13,808 nucleotides of DNA from Candidatus Methylomirabilia bacterium (GTDB lineage: Bacteria; Methylomirabilota; Methylomirabilia; Rokubacteriales; CSP1-6). Shown piece after piece: positions 1 through 6,752 of this stretch. The notes under the pieces were generated by a model that was given only the letters and a program-made list of their open reading frames with translations, was not told the DNA's origin and searched no databases. Position numbers and translations under genes: made by a program. Location of the stretch: positions 1-13,808 of the forward strand of contig JBGPXN010000114.1 in NCBI GenBank assembly GCA_041492755.1, in the 5' to 3' direction. How positions within the stretch are numbered: the stretch's first letter is position 1; every line of letters starts with the position of its first letter.

Positions 1-2
1 CG

Positions 3-731
3 CACATCCCCGCGAGCCGGCAGAGCCCGTGGCCCGGCGGCGGCGAGCTGCCGAGAGAATACTGGTCGTCCTACGATCCGTTCGTCGCGCTGATGGCGGC
101 GGCCGCGGTGACCAAGCGCCTGAAGCTCGGGACCGGGATCTGCCTCGTGATCGAGCGCGATCCGATCACCACGGCCAAGGAAGTCGCCACCCTGGACCGG
201 CTGTCAGGCGGTCGCGTCCTGTTCGGGATCGGCGGCGGCTGGAACGCCGAGGAGATGGAGAACCACGGCACCGCGTTCAAGTCGCGCTGGCACCTGCTCC
301 GCGAGCGCGTGCTCGCCATGAAGGAGATCTGGACCAAGCGCGAGGCGGAATTCCACGGCGACTACGTCCGCTTCGACAAGATCTGGGCCGACCCGAAGCC
401 ACTGCAGAGGCCGCACCCACCGGTGATCATCGGTGGCGACGGGGCGACCACGTTCGACCGCGTCGTGGAGTTCGGCGATGGCTGGATGCCCATCATGCGG
501 CCGAAGATGGACCCCGTCGCGAAAATCCCGGAGCTCCGCGAGCGGCTGAAGAAGGCCGGACGCGACCCGAATTCCGCGCCGGTATCGCTCTTCTTCGCGC
601 CGCCCAAGAAGGAAGCGCTCCAGGCGCTGGCCGCGGCCGGCGTCCAGCGCGCGATCTTCGGCCTGCCGTCGGAGCCGCGTGACTCCGTGCTCCCGCGACT
701 CGACGCTTACGCGGCGGTGATGCGGTCCTGA
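3..731 (+). CDS. LLM-class flavin-dependent oxidoreductase, probably F420-dependent (Rv2161c-like); 5'-truncated by the window edge
   Basis: The frame of ORF 93..731 is open from position 3 (HIPASRQSPWPGGGELPREYWSSYDPFVALM...). LLM motifs: DPFVAL, LKLGTGI, AKEVATLDRLSGGRVLFGIGGGWNAEE, FHGDYVRF, PKPLQRPHPPVIIGG, GDGWMP. Stop TGA at 729-731. Confidence 0.9.
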   Translation, partial: HIPASRQSPWPGGGELPREYWSSYDPFVALMAAAAVTKRLKLGTGICLVIERDPITTAKEVATLDRLSGGRVLFGIGGGWNAEEMENHGTAFKSRWHLLRERVLAMKEIWTKREAEFHGDYVRFDKIWADPKPLQRPHPPVIIGGDGATTFDRVVEFGDGWMPIMRPKMDPVAKIPELRERLKKAGRDPNSAPVSLFFAPPKKEALQALAAAGVQRAIFGLPSEPRDSVLPRLDAYAAVMRS

Positions 732-764
732 CGCCGACGAGCATCGACGACGCCGGGAGGACGC

Positions 765-793
765 TTGACAGACCGTCAGCTACGGCCCAAGCT
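765..793 (+). promoter_or_regulatory. Candidate sigma70 promoter for the E1-alpha/lactonase unit
   Basis: Perfect -35 TTGACA at 765-770, 17-nt spacer, -10-like CAAGCT at 788-793 (A2 and T6 conserved). SD-like GAAGGGA precedes ATG 846. Confidence 0.5.
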
Positions 794-845
794 CGCCGCT
801 TACAGCGGTGCGTGACGACACCCCGTCAACCGAAGGGATGCGGCG

Positions 846-1832
846 ATGACGACGCAGACGATCGAACCGCGGATGGAGCTCGAGCAGCACCTGCACATGT
901 ACCGGCAGATGGCGAAGATCCGCGCCTTCGAGGAGCAGGTCAACGAGCTCTACAAGAGCGCGAAGATGCCGGGCCTGGCCCACCTCTACGTGGGCGAGGA
1001 GGCCGTCGCCGTCGGCGTGTGCGAGGCGCTGCGCCGCGACGACTTCATCACCAGCACGCATCGCGGCCACGGCCACTGCCTGGCCAAGGGCGCGTCCGTC
1101 AACCGCATGTTCGCGGAGCTGCTGGGCAAGGAGCCCGGATACTGCCGGGGCAAGGGCGGCTCGATGCACATCGCCGATCCCGAGACCGGCAACCTCGGGG
1201 CCAACGCCATCGTGGGCGGCTCCACCGGCATCGCCACCGGGGCCGCGCTGTCGGCGAAGATGCGCGGCAGCGGTCAAGTCGCCGTCTGCTTCTTCGGCGA
1301 CGGCGCGCTGGGTCAGGGCCTCCTCTACGAGGCGATGAACATGGCCTCCCTCTGGAAGCTGCCCGTCATTTACGTCTGCGAGAACAATCTCTACGGCGAG
1401 TACACGCCCTGCTCCGAGACCGCCGCCGGCGAGATCCTGGCGCGGGCCAAGGCGTTCGGCATCCACGCCGAGAGCGTCGATGGCCAGGACGTGCAGCTCG
1501 TGAACACGGCGATGCGGCGGCTCGTCGAGCGCGCGCGGCGCGGCGAGGGCCCCGCGTTCCTCGAGTGCAAGACGTATCGTTACTACGGCCACCACGTCGG
1601 AGACGTCAACCGCCAGATCTACCGCACGAAAGAAGAAGAGCAGGAGTGGATGACGAACCACGATCCGCTCCAGACGCTGGCTGGCCAGCTCACCGCGCAG
1701 AAGCTCGCCGACCAGGGCGTGTTCGAGCGCATCCACGCCGACGTACAGGTGGAGATCGACACCGGCGTGCAGTTCGCGCTCGCGGCGCCCTACCCCGAGG
1801 CGAAAGAGGTGGACGAGGACGTCTATGCGTGA
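846..1832 (+). CDS. ThDP-dependent dehydrogenase E1 component alpha subunit (AcoA/PdhA-like)
   Basis: 328 aa. Motifs GLAHLYVGEEAV, TSTHRGHGH, GKGGSMH, ThDP-binding GDG-x-NN (FFGDGA...VCENN) and TYRYYGHH. Substrate (acetoin versus a 2-oxoacid) cannot be fixed from sequence. Confidence 0.95.
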   Translation: MTTQTIEPRMELEQHLHMYRQMAKIRAFEEQVNELYKSAKMPGLAHLYVGEEAVAVGVCEALRRDDFITSTHRGHGHCLAKGASVNRMFAELLGKEPGYCRGKGGSMHIADPETGNLGANAIVGGSTGIATGAALSAKMRGSGQVAVCFFGDGALGQGLLYEAMNMASLWKLPVIYVCENNLYGEYTPCSETAAGEILARAKAFGIHAESVDGQDVQLVNTAMRRLVERARRGEGPAFLECKTYRYYGHHVGDVNRQIYRTKEEEQEWMTNHDPLQTLAGQLTAQKLADQGVFERIHADVQVEIDTGVQFALAAPYPEAKEVDEDVYA

Positions 1833-2617
1833 CGAGCGCTGACGTGATCCACGTCTACGCCCTCTGCACCGGCTACCTCGAGCTGGACCGCGCGAGCATG
1901 GTGTCCGACCTGGCGCCGGGCCAGCCCTGGACGGTGCCCGTCCTGAGCTTTCTCGTCGATCATCCGCGCGGAAAATTTCTGTTCGATACCGGCGTGCACG
2001 GCCAGGCGCGCCTCGATCCCGTGGGCCGGCTCGGCCCCGAGCGGGTCAAGCGCCTGACCGTGAAGTCCAAGGAAGGCGACGACGTGATTCCCCAACTCGC
2101 CCGGCTCGGCCTGGTACCGGCCGACGTGCGCTACGTCGCCAACTCGCACCTGCACTTCGACCATTGCGGCGGCAACGAGTTCTTCCCCCACGCGACGTTC
2201 TTCGTGCAGCGCCCGGAGCTGGAAGCGGCGCGACGCCCGGGCTTCGTGCCGAGCTACAGCCCGAGCCCGATCGACTTCGACCACCCGCTGGACTACCGGA
2301 TGATCGACGGCGAGCACGACGTCTTCGGCGACGGCACCGTCGTCCTGCTGCCGACGTACGGCCACACGCCCGGCCACCAGTCGCTCCTGGTCCGCGCCGG
2401 CAAGGATACGCAAGCGGTGTGCGCGTCCGACGCCTGCTATACGCGGGAGAACATGGACCGCGACGTGCTTCCCAACATCCTCTGGAACGCGTCGGTCATG
2501 CGCGACTCGCTGGCCACGCTCCGCAAGCTGCGCGACCAGGCCGGCGCCACGATGTTCTACGGCCACGACCCCGCGCAGTGGGAGTCGACACCGCGCGCCC
2601 CGGCCCCGGTGATCTGA
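1829..2617 (+). CDS. N-acyl-homoserine-lactonase-family metallo-beta-lactamase-fold hydrolase
   Basis: C-terminal part of ORF 812..2617. Probable start is GTG 1829, overlapping the E1-alpha stop (GTGA), giving 262 aa. Motifs LFDTG, SHLHFDHCGG (HxHxDH), GHTPGHQS, ASDACY (bridging Asp plus Tyr as in AiiA-type lactonases) and terminal GHD. Confidence 0.88.
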   Translation: MTSADVIHVYALCTGYLELDRASMVSDLAPGQPWTVPVLSFLVDHPRGKFLFDTGVHGQARLDPVGRLGPERVKRLTVKSKEGDDVIPQLARLGLVPADVRYVANSHLHFDHCGGNEFFPHATFFVQRPELEAARRPGFVPSYSPSPIDFDHPLDYRMIDGEHDVFGDGTVVLLPTYGHTPGHQSLLVRAGKDTQAVCASDACYTRENMDRDVLPNILWNASVMRDSLATLRKLRDQAGATMFYGHDPAQWESTPRAPAPVI

Positions 2618-2633
2618 ACCGCGCGCCCGCGGT
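2618..2633. terminator. Short hairpin between the convergent lactonase and CoA-transferase genes
   Basis: ACCGCG-cgcc-CGCGGT, a 6-bp stem that fills the 18-nt gap between the two stop codons. No U-tract. Confidence 0.3.
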
Positions 2634-2635
2634 GG

Positions 2636-3829
2636 TCAGATGGCGCCGTCCTTGGCGAGCGCATCGATGTCGCCGTCGCTGTAGCCGAGCTCCCTCAAGA
2701 TCTCGTCACGATGCTGGCCGAGCAACGGGGCCGGCCCGATCTTCGTCGGTGAAGCCGAGAGCTTGATCGGATTGCCGACGGTCACGTACCGCCCGCGCAC
2801 GGGATGCTCCACTTCCACGATCATGTCGCGCGCGTGCAGATGCGGATCGCTCAGGACCTCGCCGGTGTCCAGGCACGCGCCACAGGGCACGCCGGCGCCG
2901 GCCAGGATCTTCATGACCTCGTGCTTCGAGCGCGGCGACGTCCAGCCCGCCACGAGCGCGTCGACCGCGTCCTTGTGTTTCCAGTGCGCGTCGGCCGTCT
3001 CGTAGCGCGCGTCACCGACGAGGTCTTCGCGACCAATGGCGCGGAGCAGCGGGTGCCACATCTGCTGCTGCGCGAAGATGAAGACGTAGTCGTTGGGGCC
3101 GCCGGGATGGCAACGATACGTCGTCCCCGGCACGCCGGCCCCGAGCTGGTTCCCCGTCCGCGCCATCGGCTTGCCGAGGCGCTGGTGGTCGCGCAGGCTG
3201 ACGCGGATCAGGTTCACCACCGCGTCCTGCATCGACACCTCGATCTGCTGGCCTTCGCCGGTGGCGTGGCGCTGCATGAGGGCGGCCAGGATGCCGATCA
3301 CGCAGTGCATCCCCGTCCCCGAGTCGCCGATCGACGGCCACATGTAGGTCGGCGGGCCGTCCGGGAATCCCGTGACGCTCATGGCGCCGCCCATCGCCTG
3401 CGCGATCGGCTCGTAGCTCTTGTAGTCGCTGTACGGCCCGTAGGAGCCGAAGCCCTTGATGCTCGCGAACACGAGCCGCGGATTGATCTCGCGCAGCGCG
3501 GGATAGCCGAAGCCGAGGCGCTCGATGGCGCCCGGACCGAAGTTTTCCAGCAGCACGTCGGCGGTCTTCAGCAGGCCGCGGAAGATGTCCTTGGCCCGCG
3601 CGTTCTTGAGATTGAGCGTCAGACTCCGCTTGTTGGCGTTGAAGGAGAGAAAGAAGAGGCTGTCGGCGTCCGGCCGATCCCTGAGCGTGTGCCGGGCCAC
3701 GTCGCCCTTGTCAGGCTCCTCGACCTTGATCACGTCCGCACCGAGCCACGCCAGGATCTGGCCGCACGACGGGCCCGCCTGGTTGTTCGTGAGATCGACC
3801 ACCCGGATTCCGGCCAGCGCCTGACTCAT
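2636..3829 (-). CDS. Class III (CaiB/BaiF) CoA-transferase, formyl-CoA transferase (Frc)-like
   Basis: 397 aa. Motifs LAGIRVVDLT, QAGP, LGADVIKVE, NANKRSLTLNLK, DVLLENFGPG, SIKGFG, YEPIAQAMGG, catalytic Asp in IGDSGTGMH (Frc has GDSNS/TGMH), and APLLGQH. Confidence 0.93.
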   Translation of the reverse strand: MSQALAGIRVVDLTNNQAGPSCGQILAWLGADVIKVEEPDKGDVARHTLRDRPDADSLFFLSFNANKRSLTLNLKNARAKDIFRGLLKTADVLLENFGPGAIERLGFGYPALREINPRLVFASIKGFGSYGPYSDYKSYEPIAQAMGGAMSVTGFPDGPPTYMWPSIGDSGTGMHCVIGILAALMQRHATGEGQQIEVSMQDAVVNLIRVSLRDHQRLGKPMARTGNQLGAGVPGTTYRCHPGGPNDYVFIFAQQQMWHPLLRAIGREDLVGDARYETADAHWKHKDAVDALVAGWTSPRSKHEVMKILAGAGVPCGACLDTGEVLSDPHLHARDMIVEVEHPVRGRYVTVGNPIKLSASPTKIGPAPLLGQHRDEILRELGYSDGDIDALAKDGAI

Positions 3830-3961
3830 CGGTCATCCCTTCTGTCGAGGACGTGCACCGCATCGGCGAACATCCATACCACAGCCGCCCGGATCCCGGT
3901 CTGCCGGGCCATCCGGTTCCGTCCTCAGGCGGTAAGGCCTCTCCAGCCCGCCCGACTGGCG

Positions 3962-3989
3962 TAGAATCCCCACAAACCCGGGAGGGAGG
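3962..3989 (+). promoter_or_regulatory. Candidate -10 element and strong SD for the dioxygenase gene
   Basis: TAGAAT at 3962-3967 and GGAGGGAGG at 3981-3989 before ATG 3998. No convincing -35. Confidence 0.45.
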
Positions 3990-3997
3990 CCGCCACC

Positions 3998-4879
3998 ATG
4001 CCCATCATCACCAAGCAGATCGGTCCCTGCTTCGCCGCCGAAGTGGAAGGCGTGGACATGACCAAGCCGTTGTCCCAGGACCAGGTGGCGGCCGTCCACG
4101 CCGGCATGGACACGTACGCCGTGCTGGTCTTCCACGACCAGCACATCGACGACGAGCAGCAGCTTGCCTTCACCCGCAGCCTGGGCGATATCGAGCACTC
4201 GATCGGCGCGAGCCTGCGCGCGCCGGACGAGTACCGCCTGCCCACCACCTTCGCCGACGTGTCCAATCTCGACAAGAACAACACGCCGTACGCGCGAGAC
4301 GACCGCCGGCGGTTGTTCGCCATCGGCAACCGCCTGTGGCACTCCGACAGCTCGTTCAAGGTGGTCCCGGCGAAGTACTCGCTGCTGTCCGCGCGCAGCA
4401 TCCCGTCCAAGGGCGGCAACACCGAGTTCGCCGACATGCGTGCGGCGTACGATGCCCTCGACGACGAGAACAAGGCCCAGGTCGAGGACCTGATCTGCGA
4501 GCACTCGCAGATCTTCTCGCGCCAGCAGATCGGCTTCTTCGACTTGACCGAGGAGGAGCGCGCGCGGTTCAAGCCGGTACGCCAGCGCCTCGTGCGCACG
4601 CACCCGGTGACCGGGCGCAAGTCGCTCTATCTGGCCTCGCACGCGGGCAGCATCGTCGGCTGGCCGGTGCCGGAGGCGCGTTGCTTCCTGCGCGATCTCA
4701 TCGAGCACGCGACCCAGCGGGAGTTCGTCTATTCGCACACGTGGCGGGTCGGCGATCTCGTCATGTGGGACAACCGCCAGGTCATGCACCGCGGCCGGCC
4801 CTTCCCCGTGCACGAGCCGCGCGACGTGCGTCGCACCACCCTCATGGGCGACGGGCCCACCGTGGCTCAGGCCGGCTGA
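3998..4879 (+). CDS. TauD/TfdA-family Fe(II)/2-oxoglutarate dioxygenase, TfdA-like branch
   Basis: 293 aa. Iron-binding HxD in GNRLWHSDSSF, GGNTEFADMRAAYDAL, HPVTGRKSLYLASHA, distal His in WDNRQVMHRG, and 2OG-binding Arg in RRTT. WHSDSSF and the xHA motif fit TfdA better than TauD (WHTDVTF). Confidence 0.93.
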   Translation: MPIITKQIGPCFAAEVEGVDMTKPLSQDQVAAVHAGMDTYAVLVFHDQHIDDEQQLAFTRSLGDIEHSIGASLRAPDEYRLPTTFADVSNLDKNNTPYARDDRRRLFAIGNRLWHSDSSFKVVPAKYSLLSARSIPSKGGNTEFADMRAAYDALDDENKAQVEDLICEHSQIFSRQQIGFFDLTEEERARFKPVRQRLVRTHPVTGRKSLYLASHAGSIVGWPVPEARCFLRDLIEHATQREFVYSHTWRVGDLVMWDNRQVMHRGRPFPVHEPRDVRRTTLMGDGPTVAQAG

Positions 4880-4883
4880 GCAC

Positions 4884-5029
4884 ATGGGGGGCCCCGATAT
4901 GGCCCCCCATACCCCCCAGCGCTCGGACGCGCCCCGGGAAACCCGGGGCGCGCCTCGACATCCCCAGCACTCGAAGCGCCCCGGCGGAGCCGTGGCGCTC
5001 CTCGAACTCCCTCACACCCTCTGAGGGAG
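4884..5029. repeat. Cluster of four GC-rich hairpins (REP/BIME-like) including a tandem pair of ~45-nt palindromic units
   Basis: ATGGGGGGCC-N7-GGCCCCCCAT at 4884-4910. Unit A at 4914-4958 has stem CGCGCCCCGGG-aaa-CCCGGGGCGCG. Unit B at 4962-5005 has stem AGCGCCcCGGC-gga-GCCGtGGCGCT. Both units are framed by CCCCAGC(g/a)CTCG ... CCTCGA. CTCCCTCA-N7-TGAGGGAG at 5007-5029. Confidence 0.8.
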
Positions 5030-5063
5030 CCTCAGCCAGTCCAGCGGAGGCCTGGTCCGGCCG

Positions 5064-5975
5064 TCAGCGCTTCGGCGTGGCGGCTCGCGGGCCGAGCTCG
5101 GCGGTGAGCAGGGCGAGAAACGCCTGGCCGGCCGTCGACAGCTCGCGCGTGCGGCGGTAGATGACGCCGATCGGGCGGCGGAACGGGCCTTCGACGGGCG
5201 GCCGGGCGACCAGGGTGCGCGCGCGGATCTCGCTGGTGAGCGTCGGCACGGGCAAGAGCGACAGACCGAGGCCGGCCTCGACCGAGCGCTTGATCGTCTC
5301 GATGTTGTCGAACTCCATGGTGTAGCTGACCCGCACCCCGTGGCGGCGGAGCAGGCTGTCGACCAGGCGACGGGTGGGAATGTCGCGGTCGAAGCCGATG
5401 AAGGGCTGGCCGTCGAGGGCGGCGAGCGGACAGCGGGCTCGACGGGCGATGGGGTGGCCGGGTGGCGCCACGACGACGAGCTCGTCGTGACCGAGGGGCA
5501 CGATCTCCAGCTGCGGCCGGCGCGCCGGCAGCGCCACGATGCCGAAATCGATCTCGCCGTCGAGGCAGGCCGCATACACCTCGTTGGTGCGCCGGTATTG
5601 CAGCCGGACGTTGACCCGGGGGTAATCGGCCAGGCACCGCTTGATGGCGGGGGGAAGCGTGTGGAGTCCGACGCTGTAGACGGTCGCCACCCGCACGGTT
5701 CCGGCGACGACGTCCGGGCGGGCCCGCAGGCGCTGCTCGAGCGCGGCGAGCCGCTCGAGCAGCGGCTTGACCTCTTCGTACAGCAGCCGGCCCATCTCGG
5801 TGGGCCGCGCACCGATCCGCGGCGCCCGCTCGATCAGCCGCCGACCGTAGCGCCGCTCGAGCCCACTCAGCTGCTGGCTGACCGCGGACTGCGACACGAG
5901 ATTCAGCCGGGCCGCGCGCGAGAGGCTGCCGGTCTCCACGAGGTCGCAGAAGGTCTTGAGGGTTTCGACGTGCAT
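5064..5975 (-). CDS. LysR-family transcriptional regulator
   Basis: 303 aa. N-terminal HTH LKTFCDLVETGSLSRAARLNLVSQSAVSQQLSGLE, PTEMGRLLY, and substrate-domain motifs GEIDFGIV and ETIKRSVEAGLGLSLLP. Divergent from sdhCAB. Confidence 0.93.
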   Translation of the reverse strand: MHVETLKTFCDLVETGSLSRAARLNLVSQSAVSQQLSGLERRYGRRLIERAPRIGARPTEMGRLLYEEVKPLLERLAALEQRLRARPDVVAGTVRVATVYSVGLHTLPPAIKRCLADYPRVNVRLQYRRTNEVYAACLDGEIDFGIVALPARRPQLEIVPLGHDELVVVAPPGHPIARRARCPLAALDGQPFIGFDRDIPTRRLVDSLLRRHGVRVSYTMEFDNIETIKRSVEAGLGLSLLPVPTLTSEIRARTLVARPPVEGPFRRPIGVIYRRTRELSTAGQAFLALLTAELGPRAATPKR

Positions 5976-5981
5976 CGATTC

Positions 5982-6027
5982 ATAAGTTTACCTAACTCGT
6001 GAGAAAAGGCGAATGCATGCGACTAAT
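5982..6027. promoter_or_regulatory. Putative LysR operator region (two T-N11-A boxes)
   Basis: AT-rich patch between the divergent genes. T5983-N11-A5995 lies in ATAAGtttacCTAAC and T6014-N11-A6026 lies in ATgcatgcgactaAT. The motif is degenerate, so support is mainly positional. Confidence 0.35.
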
Positions 6028-6095
6028 GAAGGGGGCCGGCCTATGACTGGAGCGTGAGGCGGGCGCCTACACGGGCGCCGGCCGGGAGGCGATTC

Positions 6096-6752
6096 ATGCA
6101 CGCGCTCGGCGAGCTCTGGGGGTCGACGGTGGGCCGCAAGGCCCTGGTGGCCGTGTCCGGCCTGCTGCTGTGGATCTGGGTCGTCCTGCACGTGGCCGGG
6201 AACCTGACGCTGTTCTCGGGGCCCGCGGCGGCGGACGGCTACGCGGCGGCCCTGCAGCGGTCCCCCGCGTGGCTGTGGGCGGCGCGCTGCGTCCTGGCCG
6301 CGGCGGCGGCCGTGCACGTCGCCGGGGTGACGTCGCTCGCGCGCGCGAGCCGGGCGGCGCGGCCACGACACGACACCCCCGCCGCCCGCGGGACGTCCGC
6401 GCTGGCGGCGCGCAGCATGCGGCTGGGCGGCGCGCTGCTCCTTGCCTTCATCGCGTATCACCTGCTTCACCTCACCTTCGGCCTCTTGCATCCCCACTTC
6501 CGCCCCGGCCGCGTGTACGACAACGTCGCGGCGGGGTTGCGCCCCCCGTGGGTCGCGGCCGTCTACGTCGCCGCGGCCGCGCTGCTCGGCCTGCACCTCT
6601 TCCACGGTTTGTGGGCCGCGGCGCGCAGTCTCGGACTGCGGCCGGACGTGGCGGCGCGGCGCCGGCGTCCCGCCGTGGCCGTGCTCTCCGCCGCGATCGC
6701 GGTCGGCTTCGCGTCGGTGCCGGTCGCCGTGCTCGCCGGGTGGCTGCGATGA
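6096..6752 (+). CDS. sdhC: Succinate dehydrogenase/fumarate reductase cytochrome b subunit (b558 family, single diheme anchor)
   Basis: ATG 6096 with SD GGGAGG at 6084-6089, in frame with ORF 6054..6752. [13 protein letters not shown] signature, five hydrophobic segments, and candidate heme-ligand His in LHVAGN, VHVAG, YHLLH and LHLFHG. Stop overlaps the sdhA start (ATGA). Confidence 0.9.
   Translation: MHALGELWGSTVGRKALVAVSGLLLWIWVVLHVAGNLTLFSGPAAADGYAAALQRSPAWLWAARCVLAAAAAVHVAGVTSLARASRAARPRHDTPAARGTSALAARSMRLGGALLLAFIAYHLLHLTFGLLHPHFRPGRVYDNVAAGLRPPWVAAVYVAAAALLGLHLFHGLWAAARSLGLRPDVAARRRRPAVAVLSAAIAVGFASVPVAVLAGWLR

Noticed and set aside
812..1828. 601-aa ORF suggesting an N-terminal extension or alpha-lactonase fusion
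   Set aside because: This part is the -1 shadow frame of E1-alpha. It is stop-poor because third positions are G/C, and it reads as low-complexity Arg/Gly/Pro. Hydrolase similarity begins at GTG 1829, and no slippery site was seen.
2590..2628. Direct repeat ACCGCGCGCCC at 2590 and 2618
   Set aside because: GC-rich 11-mer with no element between the copies. Not enough for a target-site duplication.
832..3842. Shared GAAGGGATG upstream of the E1-alpha start (plus strand) and the CoA-transferase start (minus strand)
   Set aside because: Nine nt that are mostly explained as an SD sequence. The embedded ATGs lead to unrelated frames.
4884..5029. CRISPR array interpretation of the repeat cluster
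   Set aside because: Only two similar units, separated by 3 nt, with no unique spacers and no cas genes.
6170..6748. Apparent N-terminal extension of SdhA (830-aa ORF)
   Set aside because: Shadow frame over sdhC. The real start is the ATGA overlap at 6749.
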